DNA of 63,050 nt, counting the filler, from Octopus bimaculoides (taxonomy: Eukaryota), in NCBI RefSeq assembly GCF_001194135.2. It is 5 parts of 4 records of this genome, joined end to end, with 100 filler letters (N's around TTAATTAATTAA, not from the genome) between each part and the next. Parts side by side here need not be neighbours in the genome. Positions count along the whole stretch, not along the records: positions 33,578 to 60,123 come from NC_068981.1; 4 more parts are not named here. One strand, 5' to 3'. Both the position numbers and the translations under genes were made by a program. The number at the start of each line of letters is the position of its first letter. The first letter of the stretch is position 1. Below, piece by piece: positions 36,953-49,915 of the stretch. A model generated the notes under the pieces. It had not been told where the DNA came from, searched no databases, and saw nothing but the letters and a program-made list of their open reading frames with translations.

Positions 36953-37130
36953 CCGTCGCTTATGACGACGAGGGTTCCAGTTGATCCGATCAACGGAACA
37001 GCCTGCTCGTGAAATTAACGTGCAAGTGGCTGAGCACTCCACAGACACGTGTACCCTTAACGTAGTTCTCGGGGATATTCAGCGTGACACAGTGTGACAA
37101 GGCTGACCCTTTGAATTACAAGCACAACAA
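36953..37130. mobile_element. SINE-like repeat body (fragment next to a gap)
   Basis: GC-balanced, non-coding segment (AACAGCCTGCTCGTGAAATTAACGTGCAAGTGGCTGAGCACTCC...) that is cut off by the adjacent SINE. Recognised from memory of cephalopod repeats only. Confidence 0.45.
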
Positions 37131-37134
37131 AAAC

Positions 37135-37322
37135 AGGAAGTAAGAATGAGAGAAAGTTGTGGTGAAAGAGTACAGCAGGGTTCGCCACCATCCCCTGCCG
37201 GAGCCTCGTGGAGCTTTAGGTGTTTTTGCTCAATAAACACTCACAACGCCCGGTCTGGGAACCGAAACCGCGATTCTATGACGGCGAGTCCGCTGCTCTA
37301 ACCACTGGGTTATTGCGCCTCC
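37135..37322 (-). mobile_element. tRNA-derived SINE (distinct family)
   Basis: Minus-strand head GGAGGCGCAATAACCCAGTGGTTAGAGCAGCGGACTCG...GGTTTCGGTTCCCAG has A-box- and B-box-like motifs. Confidence 0.7.
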
Positions 37323-37505
37323 GAACTTTAAAATATAGACGATATGAAAAAACAACCAGTGAGCGGAGAAATATCATAGTTTGGGTCATCACCCTAAAAA
37401 TAACCTATTCTTTCCTATTTTTCACAGCTGCTTTTCAGTTGAATTATCGATGAGAAGATGTGAGTACTTGCGATTAAAGATGATTTAATATTACATCGAT
37501 GTTCA

Positions 37506-37690
37506 AAACGGCAAGCTGGCAGACTCGTTAGTACGTTCTGAGTAAAGTCGACCCACCGGGGTCGGCTTTGCCTTTCGTCCTTTAGGAGTTGATAAAATAA
37601 GTACCAGTTGAACATTGTGGGTCGATGTAATCGACTTATATCCTCCCCCGAACTTGGTGGCCTTGTGCCAAAATTTGAAACCAATATTAC
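37506..37690 (+). mobile_element. SINE family A with an internal deletion
   Basis: CGGCAAGCTGGCAGACTCGTTAG...AAATAAGTACCAGTTGAAC...GGCCTTGTGCCAAAATTTGAAACC. Confidence 0.85.
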
Positions 37691-37976
37691 ATAGATGTTC
37701 CCTCATTGGCTTGTCTTTCATGTTGTTGCTGTTGATGATTTTGTTGTTTTGTTAACCTACAGTTAGCCCTGAACGAGGAGACTTATAATCCTAGGCTTTC
37801 TACTCATTATCAATCCATTATCTATATTAGCCAAACAAGTTCTTTGTTAAAATGAAATGGTGTGATTTGGAGATGTAGCTGTTATTTCTACAAGATCAAG
37901 CAGTTTATGTAGATACTTCAGTTTGAAATTACCAAATATCAATTTCAACTTTCATTTCTTAAAAGCCCGCCCTATA

Positions 37977-38290
<314 letters not shown>

Positions 38291-39380
38291 TGCTGAAGAA
38301 TTAAGCTGCAGAATCTAATTTAGCGATTCAATATCCTGAGTTCAAACTTCACTGTTGATGTTTTTGCTTTCATTGTTCTTCGATGTTTGATAAAAACGAT
38401 TTTGTTGGTAATCACCATCTTTTGTCCATGCTAGTTTTAGCATAATGGTTTGCTCTACAACTGAACTCTATCATCACTACCACTACATAAATTGATTTAC
38501 ATTATTGATACACAGCCTATAATTTGTGATGGCGGGAGATACAGTTCATCAAATGGACCCCAATACTTGGTTTGTACTATTTTATCGAACCCCAGAAAGA
38601 TCCAAAACAAAGTCGACGTAGGTAAAATTTAAACCGAAAACATAGAAACTCAGAAAGCATGTATTACTAGAAGAATTGTTACAGCGTCGGAAAAATTGTT
38701 GTTTGGTAGTTGTTCCGACTCTTTAGGTTCTGAGCTCGAATTCCACTCAGGTCACCTTTGCTTTTCATTCTCTTGTGGTCAGTAAAAAGTAAGTACCAGT
38801 CAAATACTGAAGCTGGTTTAATTGACTAACCGCACACCCAAAACATTATGGCCTTATCCCTATTTTAGAAGTTTATTTATCGACCCCGAAAAGATTAACG
38901 GCAAAGACGTCTTCGATGGGATTTAAATTCAGAACGCAAGCAACGGGAAGGAATACCGCAAAATATTCTATAGGATGTTCCTACAACTCTGCCATGTTGT
39001 TACCAGTACAAGCTGAAGAGAAAAGTCAAAACAGCATCAAAGTTTCATTGCTATAACTAGGTGATGAGGAAAGACAGAATCAATATTACTGCAATGAACT
39101 CCACTCATTTCTGAAACAAACAAACAAACAAACACTGAGTGCAGGATGGGTGGTCAAGAGAGAGTCCAAACGGTTCCGCTGATCTTGTGTATATAACAAT
39201 GTTTAATGTAATAAATGAAAGAATATGAACAAAAGAAGAGAGGCTGAAAATACATACCATTATCCTAAATAAAACAATTTTTTTTTGTTTTACTTGACTT
39301 CAGATTCGTAAATGTTTCTCATAACACTTTCTATTTTTACAATATCATTTTCTATTGAAAATTTGCCAAGCACAAGAACC

Positions 39381-39476
39381 GTCATATCTTGTTTGTTGCG
39401 TCATGTCTTGTTTGTAGCGTCATATCATGTTTGTAGCGTCATATCATGTTTGTAGCGTCATATCTTGTTTTGTAGC
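39381..39476. repeat. 19-bp tandem repeat x5 (GTCATATC[T/A]TGTTTGTAGC)
   Basis: Directly visible. Confidence 0.9.
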
Positions 39477-39709
39477 TCTCCAAGTAATTGGCCGAGTTGC
39501 TGATACTTTCTTACTATATTTGTGAGGAAATGAAATACAATGTCAACCTCGATGGTACTTGAATATAGATTATGAAGGAACATAGCTACATACTACAAGG
39601 TATTTTGTGTCGCATGTTGTTGTTACCGTAATTCACAGGTCTTCAAATGGCACAAATATTCATTAATCGTCTACAGTAAGGTAAGCTTTCGGTACAGAAA
39701 ACAATGATG

Positions 39710-40070
39710 TGTTGTTGTATAGCCCCAGGTAAGCACTGGTCAAGTATATTTATGAGCATAGATGTTCCAGCCGTGGCCACCCCATCTACATTATCTAAAT
39801 ATGTCTTTCTATTCTATGATGGTGCGACGTGATTTGAGCGTGATTTGGTTGCTATTTCTAACAGACCAAGCAACCATGTATAGGCCCCAGTGTTTGCTTT
39901 GCCTACTATGTGTTAAGCTATTGTTGTTGTTCATTAGCTACAGACCAGACTTGGACGAGCAGATCCATGATCAAAGTTATTCTATAACCATATCGTGTTT
40001 TTCTTTAGTACAAAGTTCCTCGGACTAAATTATCTATCGTGTTTCTAGCAGGTCGGATGATCATGTAGCA
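39710..40070. mobile_element. Two tandem copies of a ~200-bp dispersed repeat (family E)
   Basis: The core TTTGGCTGCTATTTCTAGCAGGTCGAGCGACC-like motif recurs at ~37865, 39841, 40041, 43835, 49475, 52575 and 62001, in both orientations. Confidence 0.65.
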
Positions 40071-40333
40071 ATTTTCTTGTTTGACCCGTGATGTGTTAAG
40101 AGTTTGTGGTTAGATATGTTGATGCACGAAGTCAATGTGGTGGGTGTATGTCTACGTCATATGTTATGTAAAAACAGCTTCTATTTCATTCTCAAGCTCT
40201 GTAAAGATGTATGAATGAACAAAAGAGGAAGGTGTTTGTGTGTGTGAAGAGGTACGAGGTAAAGTACGAAAGAAAGTATGCGTATGTGCGTATCATATCT
40301 ATATCTATATATGTGTGTGAGTGTATGTGTGTG

Positions 40334-40365
<32 letters not shown>

Positions 40366-40462
40366 TGTATGTATGTATGAATGTATGTATGTGTGTGTTA
40401 TACATACGAGTGAGTAAGCAAACGACAGAAGGGCACTCAACACATTTATTGGGAGTTACATG

Positions 40463-40707
40463 TATAGATCAAATCAGTTTGATTCAGTATCCTTGGTACT
40501 CTGAGTTTCAAGTATGTGGCTAGTCTTTGGCCATTGGAGACTGAATGAGAGTTTGTGACCTTTTTCGACCAATCGCTGGCTAACGTCCAGTAATAAACAT
40601 TGACTTTTTTCTATCGAACTCTCATTCAGACTCCAATGGCCGAAAACTAGCCACGTGCTTGAAACTCAGAGTATCAAAGATTCTGAATCAAACTGTTTTG
40701 ATCTATA
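40463..40707. mobile_element. MITE-like hairpin with ~90-bp inverted arms and TA ends
   Basis: TATAGATCAAATCAGTTTGATTCAG...GCCATTGGAGACTGAATGAGAGTT versus AACTCTCATTCAGACTCCAATGGCC...CTGAATCAAACTGTTTTGATCTATA. Confidence 0.85.
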
Positions 40708-40736
40708 TATATTATACATATGCATATATATATATA

Positions 40737-40931
40737 TTATGATTGACCGTTGACTGAACACTATTCAATTTTTTTTCTCCGTGTTTTTCTCCTTGTCTCC
40801 GTATTCTTTCTGTTGAAGAGCGTAGCTCGAAACGTCAAAGACTTTCCGTATTCCCGAGCGTCATACTAATATATCCTTTTGTTATTTACACCACCTGTCC
40901 TCGTCTGTTGTTATTATTTGTATATTCTCCC

Positions 40932-40932
<1 letters not shown>
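40737..40932 (+). mobile_element. ~195-bp Penelope/retrozyme-like element with a minimal type-I hammerhead-like fold, within (TA)n
   Basis: 40805-40841: TCTTT CTGTTGA A GAGC GTA GCTC GAAAC GTC AAAGA. A near-identical inverted copy lies at 60249-60456. Confidence 0.65.
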
Positions 40933-40976
<44 letters not shown>

Positions 40977-41089
40977 CAGAGAGAGAGACAGAGAGACAGA
41001 GAGACACAGAGAGAGAGAGACAGAGACAGAGACAGACAGTCAGACAGACAGACAAGCAGACAGACAGAAAAACAGACAGACAGACTGAC

Positions 41090-41136
<47 letters not shown>

Positions 41137-41774
41137 CACATACGTGTGAGTCTGTGTGTGTGTGCACATACATACACGCATATGTGTTTGTGCGTACGTG
41201 CGTGCACGCACACACTCACACACACACATATATACATACAGGTACATACAAATGTATATGTATGTGTGTGCAGTATGCTTTGATACGCCATCTTCCTATA
41301 TAATATATGATAGTGTAATCTATCAGTGTTTTCATATGAAAGTTTATATTATATTTGGTAACGTAATACAATAACATGTTACTGATAGAAGACATGGTTA
41401 GCCGGCGGGATGAGTTGAGTTGTTAGTTGATGGCTACTGCGAATATCTGGCAGTTAGTTCATTGGTTGATGAGTGTTTTGAGAAGAGATATTGTGTGAAG
41501 TAATCGGAGAGATTGAGATAGGGTAAGAGAAGAGCAGATGGGAAGAAAATGAGAGGAATGGTTAGGGGGTGGGGGTAAGAGAAGGAGAGAGAGGGGGAGA
41601 AAGGAGGAGTGAAGGAATGAAGGTAGGAGAGAAAAAGAGAGGGGGGATAAAGAAAGAGAAAGACAAAGTGAAAGAGACAAAGAGAGAAAGAAAAAGTCAA
41701 AGAGAGAGAGAAAGTGGTTAAGAAAGAGAGAGAAAAAGAGAAAGGGAGAAAGAGAGAGAAAGATAAGATTGAGA

Positions 41775-41822
<48 letters not shown>

Positions 41823-42184
41823 CTGATAGACAGACAGACCGACCGATCGACAGACAGACCGACCGATAGACAGACAGATAAACCGATAGACAGAGAGACA
41901 GAAAGACAGACAGACAAATAGACAGGTAGAGAGACTGTTAAACAGACAGACCGATAAGAAATGTTCAAACGTTTTGTTAGGTTTAGGCTGGAAAACAATC
42001 AGAGAGAAGAGAGATTGGAGGTGTGTGGAAATTTGGTAGACTGTATTTTCAGAATGGATTTTAAAATTCTGTGTTGGTAACAGAAATTTTAGGGAAAGTA
42101 TTGAAACGACAGGGGAAGAGACTTCATTGATGAAATCTGAATCAGTTGAATTTAAAGGCAAGGCCCACTCCTAACTCCATTGTC

Positions 42185-42480
42185 TATATTTTCTAAAAGT
42201 TCGGATTAATTAATGATATTGGAGCTGTCCATATTGTTTGTCGTTTTTAGAATTTAAATATCCATTAAGGGAGATTTTGACGTCTAATTGTAATGGTAAT
42301 GTCACTGAATTGAAGTTTTCCAGTTCAACTGCAATGTCTTTATTTTCCAAAAATTTAGATTAATTGATGATATTGGAATTATCTACCTTACTTGTTTTTA
42401 GAATTTATATAGCCTGAGAGAGAGATTTTGTCTACTAATTGCAATGATAATGTCTATTGATAATTTTCCAACTCACTCTG
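42185..42480. repeat. Old ~154-bp tandem duplication
   Basis: GATTAATT.ATGATATTGGA...TTTTTAGAATTTA.ATA...GAGATTTTG..CTAATTG.AATG.TAATGTC recurs with a 154-bp offset (42204 and 42358). Confidence 0.75.
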
Positions 42481-43568
42481 CTACATATGGAGGCTTTGGT
42501 GTGACTTCGTGTCATCTATGGAATGCTAATCAAGACAGTGATGACAGATTCAAGCATGCATGTCATGTTTGTCATTTTTCATTTAATCCCTAAAATATAG
42601 GCTTCTCTCACATAGTTAAAAACCTATCAACGTTTCCACAGCTTTTTTCAAGGAAAAGGATTCAAGTCAATGGTCAGTTTTGCAGAGTCGATAGAGTATA
42701 GCTTGCAGTATATCTGTTCACCTTCTACTCGCTGAGTTCAAATACTACTGAAGGAGACCTTTTCTCAAAGCGGTGACCCAGTATAACCGTAGTCCAATGA
42801 CTGAAACAAGTAAAGGATAGCAGATAAAAAAAAAAATAGCCCATAACCTGAGATTGGCTGGGATTGTTCTTGTTAAAGTTATTTGGGGAGAACTGGGAAT
42901 TCATAATTATAATTTTCATATAATGTGGATCTAAGCGAAAGAGGTGGGAATTTTTGTATCGAGATGTACGTAAATACCTATGTCTGTGCGTGAGATGCTA
43001 TTTTTGTATAGCTGGAATTTAATTAAATAAACAAAGTTACACAGGAATGTAGCTTTATAATGATTTCAAGATTATTTCCACGCTTACACACACAAACACA
43101 CACACACACACTCTAACAAATCTGTGTATTTAAGCCTGTAAACCAATTATTTTTTCAAGAGTTAGACATTATCAAGAATTGGCCATACAGTATCTTATTT
43201 ATATAGACAGAGTGCAATTAATATATATTTACAATATTTCTACCTTTTTCTATAACAACATTGACACTGTCGCTTATATAGATGGTGTACAATTAATATA
43301 TATTTACAGTATTTCTATCTTTTCAATTACAATATTTTCTGTACTATTCATAAACACCATTTATGAAGCAATGTTTAAGTCGACCCTGGTTCACTATCGC
43401 GCATATCTTTTACTAAACGTTAAGAGTACAAAAATGAAAATAAAGCAGAAAAGAAAGTACAGATTAACTTAGTTTCCATCTAAATTATGAGTGGGGGAAG
43501 ATACCTGTTGAGTATATTCCTTGCAGGTGTGAAATATTTGGGTATGTCGATAAAGTACAATCTTCTTT

Positions 43569-43615
<47 letters not shown>

Positions 43616-44460
43616 CCTGTTATCAGTTGAGATGCTTCTAACGAGATCGGAGATTATGTAGTCAGTTCTTATATCCAATTGGAGCATCTCTGAAAAGGAA
43701 TTGCCTTCATCTGTCGTACCCCGAACAAATGAATTTGGAGAAATGGCATTGTATTTCACAGAAACTGAATTCAACACCAGAAGATACTTGTCAGTTTTTA
43801 TAGAACTATCGCTGTTTCGATGCAGCCTGTAACTGGTCGTTCAACCTGTTAGAAATAGCAGCGAATTTTTCTTTCTTTCTTTCTTTCTTTCTGATATTTT
43901 TTTTCAATTTATACCGCACCATTAAAAGATGGTGGAAGAACATTTAGTCTTCGACACTTTGGTTGAATATATACTTTTAATCACGGTTGTACTCGATCGG
44001 GACAAACGCGTTGCTAAATAACAAGAGAGATGCTTTGCTTTTATTACTATATTTATATAGTTAGACGAACTGATATATTTTGTTGTTGGGTCTCTTTGCT
44101 ACGGATAGATGATGGAGGAAGAGAACATAGAAATAACGTTGACAATGGGGTGGGGGAAAGCTCAGTAACATCTCATTAGTAAGCTTGAAACTTTCAGTTT
44201 AATAAGGTAAATTTCAAAAACGTAGTTTCAGTAAATATTCAGAAATGAATGATACTAATTCGAGGCAGAGCAGCACCGTCCAGTATGGGCAGAAAAATGA
44301 GTTGAGGCTCCCTATCTTCAGCCTGATAGAAGAAATTATGATGATCTTTGATGATGATAGATTTTCAACACCGAGTTTTGTGACCCAAAAGTCTCTCTTT
44401 CCCTCCCTTCCTTTTTTCTCTCCCTCCTTCCCACTTTCTCTCTTCCTCACTCACACTCTT

Positions 44461-44510
<50 letters not shown>

Positions 44511-44549
44511 TCTCTCATTCACGGTGATATCGAAATCAGAACATCATGG

Positions 44550-45520
44550 ATATTGATAACAGTAAAGGCCGTCGATACCTCAGAGTCACAGCTAAGGTAT
44601 AGATGGTCTCTATGACGAGGTGCAAGAAAAGGTCGGAGTTGCTAAATCCGGATGCGGTACGACACTCGTTTGAAGAGAAGCGAGCCAGCCAGATTACTGG
44701 ACTACGACAGGAATTTGCCTTTGCGGTAGAATGCAAAATTTCATAACCTGAACTTTGACATTGATCAAGGACTTGCAATGGCTTAGGTTTGGTCTCTGGA
44801 TTTATCTGCAAAGGTAAATGTGAACTGACTGTCGATCTTACTTTTGAAGCAGGTGAGTTGGCTGCTGCACTTCTATACCGACAGTCGCTTTGTAAACCTA
44901 TATAGGTTTGCTAGAAAGCAGCTCCCTTCATGGCCCTCTTCTTCTACCGTTTCTTTTGCTACTCAACACTCCGCAAATTCTCGAGTTTCTCGCACAGGTT
45001 ACGCAGCAGATCCATAAGAGGTCTCCTCACCTTCAACCTCGTCGTCTCCTTGAACTTTCACTTCAAGCTTTTCATCTCCTAACTTCGCTGGTCGATTTTA
45101 ATGGTCCCATTACGCATGATATAAGTAGTTGTCATTGCTTTCTTCTCTTCCAATGTTTCAGCTATTAAACTAATGATGAAAGCGATCATCATCTGGAAAC
45201 GGCGATCGGCATCACTCATATCCATTACTTCCAAGATGGAGTCAACGTCTTTATTAAAATGGTTCTATTCCTAATTGTTATCTTGAAGCCATTTCACCTG
45301 TGGATGTTGCGTGTGGGCCCGGTGCTTGCGACAACTGGATGTTCTGGAAACTACAGGTTGACTCCGAGCCTGGCTTCTCATGTTCTCGTCAAAGTTGGTT
45401 CCTATGCACTGTAGCACTTGCACTGTCTCCACTTATTTCGTGTTGGTCTGGTGGAACATCAGGCCATGCGTGCTCTTGCTGCGAGTACATTCAATAGCCG
45501 TGAGTAATTTATTGTTGCTT
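44550..45520 (-). mobile_element. HERO/NeSL-like RLE non-LTR retrotransposon, pre-RT region relic
   Basis: Across stops and frameshifts: FNKDVDSILEV...DADRRFQMMIAFIISL; LCEKLENLRSVE*QKKR*KKRAMKGAAF*ANLYRFTKRL; ARFSS..N(G)VSYRI. These match HERO-type RRLQ, LRRAE...R.RKR..F..NPF.F and APGPNGVPY motifs. Confidence 0.7.
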
Positions 45521-46225
45521 TTTGTAAGAAGATAAGGTTTCTTTTTGAGATTATGTATCCTCTTTCAAACAATAGAAAATTCAAGAGAGTTACATGAAAA
45601 CAATTTGTTACATTGTTAGATAAAAAGAAAAATTATGAAAATATTTCACCGCACACAACTGTTGAAAATTCTAGGGCTAATACAAACAACCGAAGTTACG
45701 ATCACGGGACGCAACCAGGCATCGGGCCGAAAAACGGCGATATGGTGCAAATATGACAGAGTGATGGATGTCATGGTGCAGATATGACAGAATGACGGAT
45801 GTCGAGAAACTAAATTCAATGAAAACATCCATAGTCTTGAAATTTGAAGCAAAACGGCAACAATAAAATAGGTCTTGGTCATGAAGGACACCGTTTTAAT
45901 TTAGATTTCAATTTAGATTTCAAGCAGGTTGGAATGGGAAATTGTTTTGATTTGTAAATTGTTCTTTTGTTTTTGTTTTGTTTTTTTAGTATCACTGAAT
46001 TGTCAAATGTTGCTTGTAATTTTATTCTAGGGCGAACTTCTAGATATTTATTTCGTTGATAGAAGAGACCGATACGTAAGCTTCTATTTCAACATATCAA
46101 AGACTGAGAATGTTATAAACGTGTTTGAATTTGTGAGTGCGCTTTTATGCATATGTATTCGTTTATATGTGAATAAATAGATAAGCGCGCACATATATAC
46201 CTATATATGTGTATATATATATATA

Positions 46226-46279
<54 letters not shown>

Positions 46280-46577
46280 GTCCCGTTTGTTATTTGGAGA
46301 TTGCTAGAATGCACATTATTTGCCTGAGCTGTTAGTGGTGCGTTGCTGAACCTTCAGACCTCTAAAAGTTATGAGCGAAAACGGAGGTGGTTCTAGTTAA
46401 GAAAGAAGCCATTAATCCCTGCCATTTTAAGATATTTATTAGAGAGCTGAAGATTATGTATTTTTTATATTGTTTTCGTTGAATTATTTTTGCATTTGTT
46501 GAACAGCATACTTAATTTTAAATTCAGCTGGCTTTGTGGTCAAATCAGTTGATTTTGTTTTTTCATTCTCGTATTTA

Positions 46578-46671
<94 letters not shown>

Positions 46672-46699
46672 GGTGGTGGTGTTGGTGTTGGTGTTGGTT

Positions 46700-46732
<33 letters not shown>

Positions 46733-47121
46733 TTTGTATATGTTGACAGGTATAATTATACAGTTAACTATTTCTATGATCAACTGGTTTTCCAGTCTGT
46801 GCCATAGACAGAAACTAATGGTACTTCAGAAAATGGAGAGATGAGGGAGTGACTGCTGAGGTAGATGGATGTAAGAAAAACCACAAAGGGTGAGAAAAGA
46901 GGTGAGAGGATTGAAGGAGATAATGGAATAAATAATGGAATAATGAACGAAGGTGGTATAGCGACGTGGAGAAGAAAAAGGAAAGAAAAGTGATAGGAAT
47001 AATAGAGACGTGTGAGAGAAGGAGAACCGAGGAAAGGTGTGAAGAGAAATATAGAAGGTAAAAAAAGAACTATAAAATAAACAGAAAGTGATATATGTCG
47101 AGAGAGAGAGANNNNNNNNNN

Positions 47122-47168
<47 letters not shown>

Positions 47169-47329
47169 GACGGAGAGAGACAGACAGACAGACAGTCAAA
47201 AATGGAGAGAGGTAAAGTCGTCGAGCGAGAAGGAGAGTAATGATGTTGGTCTGTATACAGTTTTATGGCATTCTCCTATGGCAACTTTTTAAAACAGATT
47301 GAATTTCGATGTTTTGAACTTCTTTGGAA

Positions 47330-47681
47330 ATGCGGCAAACGTTACTGGGGCTTAGTTGGTAAGTCTTGTCTCACCTTCTACATTCGCACGACCTTGCGCC
47401 TTCAGATTGCCACCTGTTTCGCTCTCTTCAATATTCATTGAATGAACAGATCATCAGCTCTGAAGAGTGTGTAAACATTCACCTGGAAGAGTCCATCACC
47501 AGTAGAGACAGGAAATTATTTGAGCAGGGAGCAATAGATCTGGTCACAAGGTGGCAGAAGATATTGAAACTAAACGGCAATTTTATCATTAAGTGAATAA
47601 ATGAATAAATCGCTTTATGTTTAAAACTTGTGTCTTATTTTCCCTTAAAAAAGTCAACGAACTTTTTGGTCAGCCCAATAT
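47330..47681 (+). mobile_element. Mariner transposase C-terminal relic with 3' TIR
   Basis: LSHLLHSHDLAPSDCHLFRSLQYSL...LVTRWQKILKLNGNFII* is equivalent to YSPDLAPSDYHLF. It ends AACTTTTTGGTCAGCCCAATA. Confidence 0.9.
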
Positions 47682-48656
47682 CACTCACAAGGCATTGATG
47701 GAGCTATATAGAAGCCACTTGACCTAGATGCCGTGCAGTGGGACTGAACTTGAAACCACGTGGATGCAAGATGAGCTTCTTAACCACACAGCCACCCGTA
47801 CAAAAGAAAAATACTACATTTATGTTTTGCTCTTCTATCTTCAGGTGTTGATGATGTGTTATATATGTCGTTAATAAATGGGAAAAGAATTACAAAAACG
47901 AAGGCGCCTCAGCTTGCCTCAAGTCACACTGTATTCTCTTAGGAATTCATATATGTAAGCATGATCCAATACAAGAGAACTCTACATTTTAACTACACAT
48001 GTTGGACAGAACAGCCAAATTTTCCTGAAATCATTTCCTACTGATTTATATATTACATGGAAAAATGCGAGCATGAAAAGTCATATTCTTAAGATTATTA
48101 ACATGGAAAAGTACAGCACAAGTTATTACACCTGTAAAATTATAGGACAAGCATAAAAGTATAGGACAAGCATAAAAACGCACTCTAGTAAAGTAAAGAA
48201 TAAGAAAATTTTTACTTAAAATATTGCAGCAAAGAATGCCAGTTCTTCTAATTTATCACTCTTTACAGTTCTCATCTTTTAAATTTATTGTATAAAACTG
48301 TTCAGCTAATTTGTAAGTTTGTCTAATTAGGCACTTTTTTTCTGTATTTAAGGTAGTAAATTAGCCAAATTCTGCTTAAATAAGTATAGTGTTATTTGTG
48401 AACTATAATAAAATAAGTTTTAATATTCAAATTTTAATTTTAGCTGCAATATTTTAAGTAAACAGTTTCTTATTCTTTACTTTACTAGAAGTNNNNNNNN
48501 NNNNNNNNNNNNNNNNNNNNNNNNNNNNNNNNNNNNNNNNNNNNNNNNNNNNNNNNNNNNNNNNNNNNNNNNNNNNNNNNNNNNNNNNNNNNNNNNNNNN
48601 NNNNNNNNNNNNNNNNNNNNNNNNNNNNNNNNNNNNNNNNNNNNNNNNNNNNNNNN

Positions 48657-48957
48657 TAGTACTTATTCTATCGGTCTCTTTTGTCGAACCGCTAAGTTAC
48701 GGGGACATAAACACACCAGCATCAGTTGTCAAGCGATGCAGAGGGGACAAACACAGACACACAAACATACACACACACTTACACATATATACATATATAC
48801 GACGGGCTTCTTTCAGTGTCCGTCTACCAAATCCACTCACAAGGCTTTGGTCGGCCCGAGGCTATAGTAGAAGACACTTGCCCAAGGTTCCACGCAGTGG
48901 GACTGAACCCGGAACCATGTGGTTCGTCAGCAAGCTACTTACCACATAGCCACTCCT
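48657..48957 (-). mobile_element. SINE family B
   Basis: TAGTACTTATTCTATCGGTCTC...GGCCCGAGGCTATAGTAGAAGACACTTGCCCAAGG...CTTACCACATAGCCACTCCT. Confidence 0.9.
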
Positions 48958-49804
48958 TTGTTTAATTTAAATATATGTTGTCATTGAATTATTTGATATT
49001 ACCCATCCATACCAAATTAATGGCAGAGATTTTTACCATGTTGTTGGTTGAAAAGTTACAAACAACAAAACCCTAAAACCATCAGTCACCAGGCTCGCCT
49101 TAAGTAACCTAATTTTGCAATATTAGGTCACAGAAATTCATTCAAGGAAAAAAAATTTCCAATGATTCCGGGATTGGTGGGGGGGAATCCCCACCTCATT
49201 TTTTCCGAACCAAAATAAAGGATTTGCAGCATATTAGGAGGTCAGGGTACTTGATTCCACACAAAAAATCAAATTTTTTGTTGTTTTTGTTTTTCTTAGT
49301 GAAAATCGTGCGGGTGTTAATATAGAAAATGACCATAATGTTGTTATTTAGTCTCAAATCAACCCTGATACTGCAAACTTATCATCAAAGACTTTCCAGC
49401 CTTCAGCAAATCGTCTTTTTAAGGATAATCTAGGACAGTATATACAATGGGCGTGTGATTTAGGTAGAGGGATACTTTGGCTGCTACTTTTAGCGTGTCG
49501 AGCGACCAGGTAGAAGCTCTTTCATTGGTTCGATTGCGTGATGAGATATTTTTACACAAAAATGTAATATGGATATATATATCATCGGCATAAGTTGGAG
49601 AGTAAGTTAAAAGCTGAGAGTTCATGTATTGGCACTTATCAAACACGAATTTGTTCATTGTCACTCTGTAACTTCTGACGAAATAACTTCTAAAATACAA
49701 AATTTTGTCAAAAACGTTAAGAGTAAACCCTGTTCTACGTGACACATTCTACCAGTATCGGAAGTTTGAAAATGTTTAGTTAAAAAAAATTAATTAAATA
49801 ACCT

Positions 49805-49915
49805 GTACGTCAAAGTCAACCTCGGCGAAATTTGAAATCAAAACGTAAAGACAGATGGATTACCGTTAAGCATTTCTCCCGGAGAGTTAACGTTTCTGCC
49901 AACTCACCTCCTTAG
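49805..49915 (-). mobile_element. SINE family A 5' half
   Basis: AAAGTCAACCTCGGCGAAATTTGAA...CTGCCAACTCACCTCCTT. Confidence 0.75.

Noticed and set aside
39639-39680. 42-nt segment with AG acceptor and AAG|GTAAGC donor, considered as the next PARP exon
   Set aside because: Phase 1 ends in a stop and shows no PARP motif; no homology is recognised in other frames.
43469-43777. ORF with a faint cadherin-like look next to a poly(T) tract
   Set aside because: It has no DXNDN, DRE or DXD motifs, and its length is inflated by poly-K from the homopolymer.
47845-47942. Good acceptor followed by a phase-1 frame (G)VDDVLYMSLINGKRITKTKAPQLASSHTVFS*, considered as the next PARP exon
   Set aside because: It lacks the YG.G.YFA motif and has no PARP similarity.
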